From Candidatus Latescibacterota bacterium (lineage in GTDB: Bacteria; Latescibacterota; UBA2968; GCA-2709665): 64,000 nucleotides of DNA. Below, one piece after another: positions 20,901-30,013 of the stretch. The position numbers and the translations under genes were made by a program. Each line of letters starts with the position of its first letter. Position 1 is the stretch's first letter. Where the stretch lies: positions 1,312,001 through 1,376,000 of the forward strand of contig OZ241917.1 of assembly GCA_965203805.1 (NCBI GenBank), read 5' to 3'. The notes under the pieces are model-generated. The model did no database searches. It saw only the letters and a list, made by a program, of their open reading frames with translations, and had not been told where the DNA came from.

Positions 20901-21646
20901 GCAAAATCAGCGTCGAATCCCCAGATGCCGCCGTAGTTGTCCGGATCGGACATCGCGTGCCGGTACATGCGATAGACGAGGCGCTTATAGAGTTCGGCGT
21001 AGAGGTCGTTTCCAGTCAGCCCGTACAACAATCCCCGTTCTCCGATCCGGCTCCAGAGGCCCGTATGTTCGCCCCGGCGCAACGCCTCCTCGGCGGCCTC
21101 CATTTCCGAATCCACATCCGGATCGTCTTCAAGTTTCGGAATCGTCAAGGCGTCCGGGCCGAACCGGACGTCGAAACGAGGCCCCGTCGAAAGCGTCTTG
21201 TCCTCAGGCAACGTCTCCAAAAACCGGCCGACCGATGCGCGGACCCCTTCCAGATCGCTGCCCAAAAGCCCCACCGCGTTCGTTCCACTCCCCCACGGGT
21301 CGTGTATGGTATGAACCAGATAACCCCCGCGCCCCGGATACACATCGTCCGCGGGGGTGTAGTTGTAGCCGTAGAGACGGAATACCACGCGGTTCGTATT
21401 CAGGTTTCCCAGCAGAAGAAGATGCCGGTCCGGCGGCGTTTTCGCGTCCCTGTCCGTCACAATCGGGACGTCCGCGCCGGAAAGCTCGCGGATCGCGGCT
21501 CGAAGTTCGGCGGCAAGTTCCCGGTAGCGCGCATCGTTGGGACAGACGATCTCGGATGCGGGTTCGCCTCGTACCACCAGCACCGTGTCCGGGTAGCGTT
21601 TTTTCGGCCGTTTCAGGTTCGGATGGGCCGTATTGCCGTTCGGCAT
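17948..21646 (-). CDS. Large protein with heparinase II/III-like region and C-terminal FG-GAP/PQQ-like beta-propeller repeats
   Basis: HNH and GHKHYDGN motifs; repeated D.DGDG..EV motifs in the C-terminal region. Confidence 0.65.
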   Translation of the reverse strand: MPNGNTAHPNLKRPKKRYPDTVLVVRGEPASEIVCPNDARYRELAAELRAAIRELSGADVPIVTDRDAKTPPDRHLLLLGNLNTNRVVFRLYGYNYTPADDVYPGRGGYLVHTIHDPWGSGTNAVGLLGSDLEGVRASVGRFLETLPEDKTLSTGPRFDVRFGPDALTIPKLEDDPDVDSEMEAAEEALRRGEHTGLWSRIGERGLLYGLTGNDLYAELYKRLVYRMYRHAMSDPDNYGGIWGFDADFALHKVMPGWDLVEESPVISEDDRLRITRILFEFITDCVDHVGNMKIPHVRHNHTTFAALGLHYAGVYYRKYYGLPEADAWLALSDECFRFQAKAFKPHEDCSGYQWLTHYHLARYSLSSGDMTFFENGCARKAADYAILTTDNLGYALPYGDNASPFGWWSELPYLRAAVFALGDGRHQWMLDKKTAVEPQFAAYEYHRRITPVEPSDLDGTQVFPVDPLYYASNGGEDHLPLKKTFDKVVFRDGYDPMSQYLFLDGLSNGGHKHYDGNSISRITQRRRIWLADCDYIKSLPKFHNGVLVFRDGQSAEIPPFVELERAANLGSSGFSETTLRNYSGVDWHRNILWSRGRFFLVIDEMDALSDDDYGFRAVWQTLGNVTLRGGGLAVEQDGERFYIEGLKGPSLKLEDDHETGTNWTDYPHAEPVVRILQQIVDVRLKAGETYRFFNLLYCGGDPAARRLKLVQLADGAVRIDGGEEVLFAGVGECNVPVVISDGPTVAAAQFMVSPSRIAIADGTRVSWGGVQLRSEHPVSIEYDPVRGEGCAAVRQATRLCLWSEGRSGVIVNGKPVDASVSDGMVSFALRKGNHRFTLVPDAVMALREAATRTVRTKVVQPALIRPRRGRVGRLKALWAYGKEGPFLSVQGADLLRDGSDVLVAGGRGGSVCALRDGEALWRFRTGGEVRSVWAADLARDGRTRVIAGSADTKVYVLNATGRLKWDYEIPLYYRKPMLKTVFAGDIDGDGKLEVIAGAESWRYYAFSHDGKLLWYQMTVHSSTHGCAADIDGDGRDEVIAGTEYHRWHCIDGSGEIRWSYHPRTGPRTNSAAAGDLDGDGRKEVIFAGADTHVHTLNADGELLWQFNTGDEVTQVVTADMDGDGLDEVVASSMSFNVYVIKGDGRTLVWRADLGEVVRCIAVGDFDGDGKPEVAAGTEDGSIHVLANNDGRTVARFKTGGALMTVAAADVDGDGIPEIAAASEDGVLYVLKR

Positions 21647-21675
21647 GGGTATTTCCTCGCAAATAAACTATGGGG

Positions 21676-22395
21676 CTATATTTCAACGAATTTTTCGAAC
21701 AGAAACATCCCGATCAGCAGAAAAACCAGGCCCACAAGCAACGTGTACACCATCAGCGCCGCGGCGGACGACAGATATCCCTGCGCGGCGTTCATGAAAT
21801 CACCCGCCAACGCCAGATAGATGAAGGCGGATATGACAAGTGAAGCGGCTGCCGCGAGACCTCTGAGGCGCGCCGCCGAGAATTTGACGCCCTCCATGGC
21901 TGTCACGACGCCAAGCGACAAGACCAGCCACGACGCGATAAAGCCCATGGCGGTTTCGAATACGCCTGCTGGAGTTACTTCGACTTGATTCATCAATTGA
22001 AACAGGACGGATTGAGTCGCACGTTGGGCGACAAGATAGATCCCGGTCCCCGCGATTGCGATGAGCGCAAGGCCGAAACTCAGCATCGCGGCACACTTGC
22101 ACAATGCCGTCAGTCCGGTGCGGACGGGAAGCGCGAACAGCAGATGGTACGTATTGCCGCGCCACTCCCCCTTGAAAGAAGATGCCAGCATGAAGGGGGA
22201 AACGAACAGGACCCCCCACACGGGCAGCCAGGAAAGAAAAATGCCGATCGTTTGATTATCTACGGCAAGGAGAACCCAAACCTGCAATACGAGAGTACCG
22301 ATGGCAAACGCGCAGAATGCACCCCTGACGTCCTTTACCTCCTTGACGAAGAGCGCGATGAACATCCTCATAACCGGCTTCCCCCGTTTGCTCAA
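21676..22395 (-). CDS. ABC-2 type transporter permease-like membrane protein
   Basis: Several hydrophobic segments, EW..NT..LL.ALPV pattern, 4-nt overlap with the ATPase gene. Confidence 0.7.
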   Translation of the reverse strand: MSKRGKPVMRMFIALFVKEVKDVRGAFCAFAIGTLVLQVWVLLAVDNQTIGIFLSWLPVWGVLFVSPFMLASSFKGEWRGNTYHLLFALPVRTGLTALCKCAAMLSFGLALIAIAGTGIYLVAQRATQSVLFQLMNQVEVTPAGVFETAMGFIASWLVLSLGVVTAMEGVKFSAARLRGLAAAASLVISAFIYLALAGDFMNAAQGYLSSAAALMVYTLLVGLVFLLIGMFLFEKFVEI

Positions 22396-23081
22396 TCGAC
22401 GTACAACGCGAAGATCTCGGACAAGGACTTCCCGTGGTCCCGTTGCAGCTGACTCGAACTGCCCGACGCGGGAATCTCTCCGCGGTGGAGAAAAACCACA
22501 TCCTCGAGATAGGGCTCGACTTCCGATACGAGATGCGTCGAAATCAGAATCGTCTGGTCCTCCCGGCGGAACTCGTTGAAGAGACTTTCCAGAATGCGTC
22601 TCCGCGACGGGGGGTCGATACCCCCCAGAGGCTCATCCATCAGCACCACTTCAGGGGACCACGAGAATGCAGAAACCACCTTCAGCCTTGCACGCTGCCC
22701 GCGTGAAAGGGCGCCCACCTTCCGGTCTTTCGGCAGATTCATGAATTCGAGCAGTTGTTCGGCCTTCCGTGCGTCCCACGTGGCATGGAAGGCCGAAAGG
22801 AAATTCAGCTGTTCGTCGACCTTCATCCAGGAATAAAACGGATCGATCTCGGGAAGATAGGACACCCTGCGCTTCGTGGCGAACCCCGCCGGGATTTGCC
22901 CGATCCGCGCCTGTCCCCGGGTAGGACGCGTCACACCCGCGAGAATCCGGAACAGCGTACTCTTTCCGCTTCCGTTTTCTCCGAGTACGCCCAGCACCCC
23001 GCCGCGCGCCACCGTCAATGAAACACCCCTGAGCGCCCATACGCCGGGATATCTCTTCCAGAGGTCTACGACGTCGATCAT
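22392..23081 (-). CDS. ABC transporter ATP-binding protein
   Basis: GENGSGKST, LSRGQ, LMDEP and STH. Confidence 0.95.
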   Translation of the reverse strand: MIDVVDLWKRYPGVWALRGVSLTVARGGVLGVLGENGSGKSTLFRILAGVTRPTRGQARIGQIPAGFATKRRVSYLPEIDPFYSWMKVDEQLNFLSAFHATWDARKAEQLLEFMNLPKDRKVGALSRGQRARLKVVSAFSWSPEVVLMDEPLGGIDPPSRRRILESLFNEFRREDQTILISTHLVSEVEPYLEDVVFLHRGEIPASGSSSQLQRDHGKSLSEIFALYVD

Positions 23082-23174
23082 CGGTGCACATCCCCGGTAT
23101 AGAAAAAGGCCGCCCCGGTACCCATTCCAGAAGCGGCCGTATTCAGATCGCCACCTGACTCACGCCAGCGGGAT

Positions 23175-23654
23175 TCAGCGCATATCGCGATCGATGAGAA
23201 ACAGCCCGTATCGATCGTCGCCTACAAGCTCCAGCTTTTTCACGATGGCGCGAAGCCGGGCCTCTTCCTCCACCTGTTCGTTGACGAACCACTGCAGAAA
23301 CGTGTTGGTCGCGTGGGCGCGGTTCTTCATTGCCAGATCGACCAGATTGTCGATCCGTCCGCTGGCTTCCTGTTCCCGCCGGTATGCCGCCGAAATCGCG
23401 TCCAGGGGTGAACCCCAATCCGCCGGGGGTTCTGGAATGGGTTTGAACCCGACCGGCGCCTCCCTTTCGTGCAGGAATTCGTAGATCTTCATCGCGTGCG
23501 TCATCTCTCGCTGTGCCTGCTTGCCCATCCACCTGGCAAATCCATTCAGATTGACCGACTTGAAATAGGAGGACATGGCCAGGTAGGTATACCAGGCGAG
23601 GAATTCGCTGTTGATCTGCTCGTTCAGCGCTGACTGAATCTCCTTACTAAACAT
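23175..23654 (-). CDS. ftnA: Non-heme ferritin
   Basis: LNEQIN.E...Y, E..HA and FLQWFVNEQVEEE. Confidence 0.88.
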   Translation of the reverse strand: MFSKEIQSALNEQINSEFLAWYTYLAMSSYFKSVNLNGFARWMGKQAQREMTHAMKIYEFLHEREAPVGFKPIPEPPADWGSPLDAISAAYRREQEASGRIDNLVDLAMKNRAHATNTFLQWFVNEQVEEEARLRAIVKKLELVGDDRYGLFLIDRDMR

Positions 23655-23711
23655 CTGCGCCCCCTGAGGGTTTCCTGAATGACGACATGCGATCCCCTGT
23701 GGCTGCGACGA

Positions 23712-24065
23712 TTAATGGGGCGCCGGGACCTTGCAGCATCCCGGCAGACTCGCGTACGCTGTGCTGTCGGCAGGGGCCTGATTCGCCTGATAACCGGCCG
23801 CGGCGATGGCCTGTTCCATCGTTGCCGTATCGGTGCGCTTCGCGTCGTACGTTACGCTAACAACCTTGACATCCATATCGACGTTCACCTCTGTCACGCC
23901 GTCAACCTTCTTCAAGGCCTTGTCAATGTTGTTTGCGCACATCATGCACTGCGCCGTGGGCACGTTGATTTTTGCCGTACGGGTTTCCGCCGTGGAACAG
24001 GCGGTGACCGCGAGAGTGCCGAAAGCGAGCGCGCAGCTGAGCGCGAGAGACATGATCTTGCGCAT
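23712..24065 (-). CDS. Secreted heavy-metal-associated (HMA) domain protein
   Basis: Signal peptide, QCMMC metal motif and C-terminal LPGCC. Confidence 0.85.
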   Translation of the reverse strand: MRKIMSLALSCALAFGTLAVTACSTAETRTAKINVPTAQCMMCANNIDKALKKVDGVTEVNVDMDVKVVSVTYDAKRTDTATMEQAIAAAGYQANQAPADSTAYASLPGCCKVPAPH

Positions 24066-24157
24066 GAATCAACCTCCTTGAGTTAAAAGGGAACGTTTGG
24101 CACATTCCCGAAATCTGACGTCCACAACTTCGAATATATGACAACACCCATCGATAA

Positions 24158-27100
24158 TCAACGCTCATCTTTCAACGATCGCCCTTTCCAGAATGCGTAT
24201 ACCGCGGGTATCACGATCAGCGTCAGCAGCGCGGACGAGGCGACACCCCCCACCATCGGCGCCGCGATGCGCTTCATGGTCTGCGACCCGATCCCATGCC
24301 CCCACATAATGGGCAGCAGCCCAAGCAGCGTTGTCAGCACCGTCATCATCTTCGGCCTGACCCGTTCGACGGCGCCGGCGACAACCGCCCTCCGGAGGTC
24401 CGCGGCGTTCATATCACCTCCCCGCGCCGCGCGAATGCGATCGTACGCCTGATCCAGATAGACCAGCATAACCACGCCGGTTTCCGCCGCGAGGCCGCCG
24501 AGCGCGATGAAGCCGACGCCCACCGCAACGCTCATGTTGTAGTCCAGCAGGTACATCAGCCAGATGCCGCCCACCATCGCGAACGGAAGGGACAGCATGA
24601 CGATAAGGCTTTCCTGCACGTTCCTGAAATTGAGATACAACAACAGGAAGATGATTCCAAGCGTGAGCGGCACCACCAGCTTCAGGCGCTTTTCCGCCCG
24701 CAGCATGTACTCATACTGACCGCTCCAGGAAACCGAATAGCCCGGCGGCATGGGCACCTTCTCCAGCACCGTCTGTTGCGCGCGTTTCACGTAGGTTCCG
24801 ACGTCGATGCCCTGGATATCCACGTACACCCAGGCGTTCGGACGGGCGTTCTCGCTCTTGATCCCCGGCGGGCCCTTTCTGATGCGGATATCGGCAAGTT
24901 GCGCGATCGGGATCTGGGCGCCGGTGGGCGTGGGAACCAGCACGCGACGGAGCGCGGGCAGGTTGTCCCGCAATTCTCTATCGTACCGGAGATTTACGGG
25001 ATAGCGTTCCAGCCCCTCCACGGTTGTGGTGATGTTCTTCCCCCCCATCGCGAACATAATCACGTCCTGGACGTCGCCAACGGTGAGCCCGAAACGCGCG
25101 GCAGCCTCGCGGTCGATGTCGAAATCCAGGTAGTTGCCGCCGACGGCCCGTTCCGCGAACACGCTCAGGGTACCCGGCAGGTCGCGAATCACCGTCTCGA
25201 TCCGTTCCCCCAGACGCTGCAGCACCTCCAGATCTTCACCCGCGATCTTGATGCCCACCGGCGTCTTGATCCCCGTGGACAGCATATCGATGCGTGTCTT
25301 GATCGGCATCGTCCACGAATTGGTCAGGCCGGGAAACTGGATCGCCTCATTCAACCGCCCGATCAACTTTTCGGGCGTCATTCCGGGGCGCCATTCGCGC
25401 TCCGGCTTCAGCGTTATCGTCGTTTCTATCATGGCCAGCGGCGCCGGGTCGGTCGCGGTTTCAGCCCGTCCAATCTTTCCGAATACGTCCTGTACCTCGG
25501 GAAAAGCCTTGATGATCTTATCGGTCTGCTGAAGCAATTCGCGCGCCCTTGTCACCGATACCCCCGGCAGGGTGGTTGGCATATAGAGCAGGTCCCCCTC
25601 ATAGAGCGGCGGCATGAATTCGGACCCGATCCGCTGCAGCGGGAACAGCCGGTCCAATCTCACCAGGGCCCGGTACGCGAGGCTTTGCGGCGCGTCGGAA
25701 AACCTGTCGAGCACCAGGCTGCGGAATGGAAAGAGCGTAACCAGAAGAACGGCCGCCGCCATTACCAGTGTTGCAGCCCGGTGATTCAGGACCCACGCAA
25801 TCACCGGGCGATACATCCAGATGAAGAACCTGCTGCTGGGATTGCGCGCTTCGGGACGGATCTTTCCCCGGACGAAAACACTCACCAGCACGGGTACGAT
25901 CGTGATCGCCAGCAGGGCCGCCGCACCCATCGCGTAGGTCTTGGTATAGGCCAGCGGTTTGAACAGCCGGCCCTCCTGCTCCTGCAGGGCAAAGACGGGA
26001 AGAAAGGAAACCGTAATCATCAGCAGCGAGTAAAACAGCGCCGGGCCGATCTCTTTCGATGCGTCGACGATGATCTCCAGATGCCCCTTCCTGCCGTTGT
26101 TCTGTTCCAGGTGTTTGTGAGCATTCTCGATCATCACGATCGACGCGTCGACCATGGCCCCGATAGCGACCGCAATTCCCCCGAGCGACATGATATTGGA
26201 GTTCAGCCCCTGGGTGTGCATCACGCCGAACGAGATCAGTACGCCCGCAGACAGCGCGAATACCGCGACAAACGCGCTGCGGAAGTGCAGGAGAAATACG
26301 ACGCAGACCAGCGCCACGACCGTCATTTCCTCGATCAGTTTGGTTCGCAGGTTGTCGATGGCGTCGCGAATCAACGCCGACCGGTCGTAGGCCGTCCGAA
26401 TTGAAACGCCCTCGGGCAGACCCGGCTTGAGCGAGTCGATCTTCTCTTTTACCCGATCGATCACGGCAAGGGCGTTTTCGCCGTAGCGCATGACGACGAT
26501 TCCGCCCACGACCTCACCCTCTCCGTTCCATTCGGCAAGCCCGCGGCGCAGCTCCGGACCCAGCCGCACGGTGGCGACGTCTCCAACCCTGACGGGCGTT
26601 CCCCCGGCATCCACCCCGACCGCGATGTTCCGGATGTCGTCGATCGAGCGGATATAACCGAGTCCGCGCACCATGAACTCGGTTTCTCCGAACTCCACGG
26701 TCCGCCCGCCCACGTCATTGTTGCTCCGCCGAATCGCCGAACTCACCTTTTGCAGCGGAATATTGTATGCCAGCAGACGGTTCGGGTCCACGGTGACCTG
26801 GTACTGTTTAACGTACCCCCCCACGGCCGCCACCTCGGCCACGCCCGGGACGCTACTGAGTTCGTAACGCAGGTACCAGTCCTGGATGGATCGCAATTCC
26901 GCCAGATCGCGACGTCCCGTACGGTCCTCCAGCACGTATTCGTACACCCATCCTACCCCGGTCGCATCCGGGCCGAGCCGGGGCGCGACGCCGCGGGGCA
27001 ATCGATTCGACACGGTGTTGAGCGATTCCAGAACCCGGCTTCTCGCCCAGTACATGTCCGTGCCATCCTCGAAGATCACGTAGACGAACGACAGACCGAA

Positions 27101-27361
27101 GAAGGAAAACCCACGCACGGCCTTCGCGTAGGGCACCGCCAGCATCGCCGACGTGAGCGGATACGTGACCTGGTCCTCCACCACCCGCGGCGCCTGCCCG
27201 GGGTATTCGGTCAGAACGATGACCTGAACGTCCGACAGATCCGGGATCGCGTCCAGCGGCGTATTCAGCATCGCATAGACGCCCCAGGCGATCGCAAACA
27301 CGGTGGCTGCCGCGATCAGAAACCGGTTCCGAAGACTGAGCTCAATGACTCGACCGATCAT
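24158..27361 (-). CDS. cusA: CusA/CzcA family heavy-metal efflux RND transporter
   Basis: DAIPDLSDVQVI, LFKPLAYTKTYAM and RPKMMT motifs; 1067 aa. Confidence 0.95.
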   Translation of the reverse strand: MIGRVIELSLRNRFLIAAATVFAIAWGVYAMLNTPLDAIPDLSDVQVIVLTEYPGQAPRVVEDQVTYPLTSAMLAVPYAKAVRGFSFFGLSFVYVIFEDGTDMYWARSRVLESLNTVSNRLPRGVAPRLGPDATGVGWVYEYVLEDRTGRRDLAELRSIQDWYLRYELSSVPGVAEVAAVGGYVKQYQVTVDPNRLLAYNIPLQKVSSAIRRSNNDVGGRTVEFGETEFMVRGLGYIRSIDDIRNIAVGVDAGGTPVRVGDVATVRLGPELRRGLAEWNGEGEVVGGIVVMRYGENALAVIDRVKEKIDSLKPGLPEGVSIRTAYDRSALIRDAIDNLRTKLIEEMTVVALVCVVFLLHFRSAFVAVFALSAGVLISFGVMHTQGLNSNIMSLGGIAVAIGAMVDASIVMIENAHKHLEQNNGRKGHLEIIVDASKEIGPALFYSLLMITVSFLPVFALQEQEGRLFKPLAYTKTYAMGAAALLAITIVPVLVSVFVRGKIRPEARNPSSRFFIWMYRPVIAWVLNHRAATLVMAAAVLLVTLFPFRSLVLDRFSDAPQSLAYRALVRLDRLFPLQRIGSEFMPPLYEGDLLYMPTTLPGVSVTRARELLQQTDKIIKAFPEVQDVFGKIGRAETATDPAPLAMIETTITLKPEREWRPGMTPEKLIGRLNEAIQFPGLTNSWTMPIKTRIDMLSTGIKTPVGIKIAGEDLEVLQRLGERIETVIRDLPGTLSVFAERAVGGNYLDFDIDREAAARFGLTVGDVQDVIMFAMGGKNITTTVEGLERYPVNLRYDRELRDNLPALRRVLVPTPTGAQIPIAQLADIRIRKGPPGIKSENARPNAWVYVDIQGIDVGTYVKRAQQTVLEKVPMPPGYSVSWSGQYEYMLRAEKRLKLVVPLTLGIIFLLLYLNFRNVQESLIVMLSLPFAMVGGIWLMYLLDYNMSVAVGVGFIALGGLAAETGVVMLVYLDQAYDRIRAARGGDMNAADLRRAVVAGAVERVRPKMMTVLTTLLGLLPIMWGHGIGSQTMKRIAAPMVGGVASSALLTLIVIPAVYAFWKGRSLKDER

Positions 27362-28029
27362 ACGTTGGACTCCTGGTATTCTGTCCCATAAATGGAATGA
27401 ATGGATCCGAACCGGGACCTTAATTCGACAAAAGCAGCGACGCGGCGCCGCGACAGAACCTCCCGAAACGGGCCGAAAAGGTCGTCCGGATGGACATTTT
27501 TCCGTTCACGTCAAGTGACCTGACGTGTCATAGAAATCAGCAGTTAAATCGCCTTTATTCACTTGCACATATTCGAATTAACGTCCCCGAATAAGTAGAG
27601 TCGGGATGTGGCGCGGTAGTTTAGGAGTGGCCTATCCGTTTCCGCCCCTTTCGTCTGGCGGTGCCTCAATAGCCCCTCCGTGCCCCGTTTCCACATCCCG
27701 CTCGTCGAACCGGACGTGCGGTTTTCCCGCATCCGGCTCTCCGACGGACGTCGCCTTCAGGCACACGCTGACCGCGCTGCCCGGACAGCTTCACCTGAAG
27801 CCCAAGCTTGTTCTGGAGTCGCCTCGTCTACTTTTGGAGGAGGTTATAGGCTTGCGCCACTCTCCCGACCGTTGTCCCCTTCACAAGCACATCCGAAGTC
27901 AGGCCCCTTCCCTCCACCGGCGTTACCCGGCTTCACGGGTACTACGAGCCTGTCCGCCACCCCATGCGGCCCGGCCTGTCCCTCACGGGCGTCCGGTTGG
28001 TGTCCCTGCACCACCGCTGGGGCTTCCCG

Positions 28030-28062
28030 CCTGCCTGCCGAGCAGGACTCGGCGCAGGCAGG
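28030..28062. repeat. CCTG...CAGG mini-palindrome insertion (33 bp) inside the intron
   Basis: cctgcctgccgagcaggactcggcgcaggcagg. Confidence 0.8.
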
Positions 28063-28108
28063 TGTTGCGTCGGATCTCCTTGTATACGTGCCTCCGCCAT
28101 TTCCCCGG

Positions 28109-28135
28109 CCTGCCTGCGTCCCTCGGACAGGCAGG
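28109..28135. repeat. CCTG...CAGG mini-palindrome insertion (27 bp) inside the intron
   Basis: cctgcctgcgtccctcggacaggcagg. Confidence 0.8.
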
Positions 28136-28426
28136 CGGGACCGCTGGATGCTCGCGTTGCTGTCTTTTTCCAGCGACGGCGGCCTTCCCCGATCGTCAGA
28201 CGGGTCGGCTCCCGCATTACCCTTTTCGAGGCCTGCTCAGCGTTCACTGCACGTTTCGGCCCGCATACTCGCCGAGTCGCCTTGCGACCCTCTACACCGG
28301 AGGCTTCAGAGATTTCGTTGCCTACGTCCCTGCTCCGATTGCTACCGACTGAAGCAACCCTTGTCGGGTTGGGACTCTCACCCACTGAAGATCCGCGCCT
28401 TTTCACGGCGCACTGACGAATCAAGG

Positions 28427-29710
28427 TTAATGTTGATGACCCTTCGACCCGACCGCCCCGTGATGTTCGCCCATGGTGCCCAGCGCCGCCTTGAGATTGC
28501 TCTCCGAGTCGATCAGGAACTGCGATGAAACGACAATCCGCTCGTCTCCCCGCAGCCCTGCGGTCACCTCGTGGACCTCGCCTGTTTCGACACCCAGCGT
28601 CACCTCACGCGGCGCGAATCGACCCTCGCCAAGGTCCAGAATCACCACGTTTCTTTCGCCGGACCGGATCACCGCCTGGGAGGGAACCACCACGGCCTCC
28701 TTCGTAACCTCCGACCGGATCCTTACCGTGGCGAACATCTCCGGCTTCAGGTCCAGTTCGGGGTTGTCGAATACCATCCTGACTTTCGCGGTTCGAGTCT
28801 TCGATTCAAGGAAAGGATAGATGTAGGTCACCACACCATCGAACACCCGCCCTGGCGCGTAGGACAGTTCGACCTCGGCCGCCTGCCCCTCCTTAATCCA
28901 GGGCAACTCGTACTCGTAGATGTCGGCAACTACCCAGACCCGGGAAAGATCGGCGATGCGATAGAGATGCTCTCCGGCCCTGATATACGCCCCGTCGAAT
29001 ACCGCTCGATGCACCACCACGCCCTCCTGGGGGGAGTGTATCGTCATCGTTCGCTTTGTCTGCCGCGTCTTTTCCAGATCGGCGATCTGATCTTCCATTA
29101 TATCCCAGTAGATCAGGCGCTGCCTGGCCGCGCTCAGGAGCGCCTGTGCGCCCTTTAAGGCTTCCGCCGAAGCATTCTGTTCGAGGCGCCGAACGTAGTC
29201 CAGCGCCGTCAGATACTCTTCTTGCGCGGCGACCAGTTCGGGACTGTAGATCTGCAGCAGGGGCTGACCCTTCTTCACCTCCTGCCCGGTGAAGTCGACG
29301 AACAGCCCCTCCACCCATCCGGTCACCTTCGTGTTGACTTCCGTCATCCGGGTCTCGTCGTAATCGACGCGGCCCATCGCACGAACGGTCCGGCTCAACG
29401 CCCGCCGTTCCACACCGGCAGTTCTGACGCCCATATTCTGTACGGTCGTCGGATTGATCCTGACCTCCGAAGCGTCTTCGTCGTGGTCGCCTTCGTGCCC
29501 CGATCGTCCCGGCTGATCCGGCACAAGGTCCATGCCGCAGACGGGACAGCTCGCCGGCCTTTCCGACACGACCGTGGGGTGCATCGGGCACCGGTAGACG
29601 GACGGTCCGGAATCGTGAGACTCCGACGCTTCCTCCCCGCCCAGCCAGACTCCGGCGACAAATCCGACGCCCAGGGCCAGAACAACCACAACAATCGTCT
29701 TTGGATTCAT
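28427..29710 (-). CDS. cusB: CusB-like RND periplasmic adaptor subunit with heavy-metal-binding domain
   Basis: YRCPMHP...CPVCGMDL, YSPELVAAQEEY and QFLIDSES; start at MNPKTIV. Confidence 0.92.
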   Translation of the reverse strand: MNPKTIVVVVLALGVGFVAGVWLGGEEASESHDSGPSVYRCPMHPTVVSERPASCPVCGMDLVPDQPGRSGHEGDHDEDASEVRINPTTVQNMGVRTAGVERRALSRTVRAMGRVDYDETRMTEVNTKVTGWVEGLFVDFTGQEVKKGQPLLQIYSPELVAAQEEYLTALDYVRRLEQNASAEALKGAQALLSAARQRLIYWDIMEDQIADLEKTRQTKRTMTIHSPQEGVVVHRAVFDGAYIRAGEHLYRIADLSRVWVVADIYEYELPWIKEGQAAEVELSYAPGRVFDGVVTYIYPFLESKTRTAKVRMVFDNPELDLKPEMFATVRIRSEVTKEAVVVPSQAVIRSGERNVVILDLGEGRFAPREVTLGVETGEVHEVTAGLRGDERIVVSSQFLIDSESNLKAALGTMGEHHGAVGSKGHQH

Positions 29711-29763
29711 AACGCGACCTCTCTCTTCTTCGCCGTGCGCAGGCACGGTCTTCAAACGGCTTT

Positions 29764-30013
29764 TGGTGTCCGGTCCCAAAAATACCTCACCATTCTTCCG
29801 CCTGCCTGCGCAGTGCCCTGCCTGCCTGTGCGTGTACGCACGCAGACAGGCGCTGCAGGCAGGCCGATTCATCCCGTCTCGCAGCGTTGCCTTCGCTGGC
29901 CGACCTGGCCAGGTCGCCTGCGCTCTGGCGCTGGGTCCAGAGCCTGTCGAAGGATGCGAGCCGGGCGACTCGACGGCCGAATTCAGGCGACTTATTTTCG
30001 GGACAGAACACTA
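29764..30013. mobile_element. MITE-like element (250 bp) between cusC and cusB
   Basis: 21-bp imperfect terminal inverted repeats tggtgtccggtcccaaaaata / tattttcgggacagaacacta (4 mismatches). Confidence 0.55.
29801..29863. repeat. Nested CCTG...CAGG mini-palindromes (a 30-bp copy at 29821-29850 inside a 33-bp copy)
   Basis: cctgcctgcgcagtgccctg[cctgcctgtgcgtgtacgcacgcagacagg]cgctgcaggcagg. Confidence 0.8.

Larger units (their letters stand above)
27595..28413 (-). ncRNA. ORF-less group II intron (819 nt)
   Basis: 5' GTGCGCCGTGAAAAGGCGCGG at 28413; domain V GAGCCGGATGCGGGAAAACCGCACGTCCGGTTC (27707-27739); domain VI ending CTCTAC at 27595; no room for an RT ORF. Confidence 0.88.

Noticed and set aside
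24296-26404. 702-aa plus-strand ORF (and similar long antisense ORFs at 20108-21820 and 10209-11630)
   Set aside because: GC-rich shadow frames opposite well-supported genes.
27606-28528. Several 150-280 aa ORFs over the cusA-cusB gap
   Set aside because: They overlap the group II intron RNA and show no RT (YADD) or other motifs.
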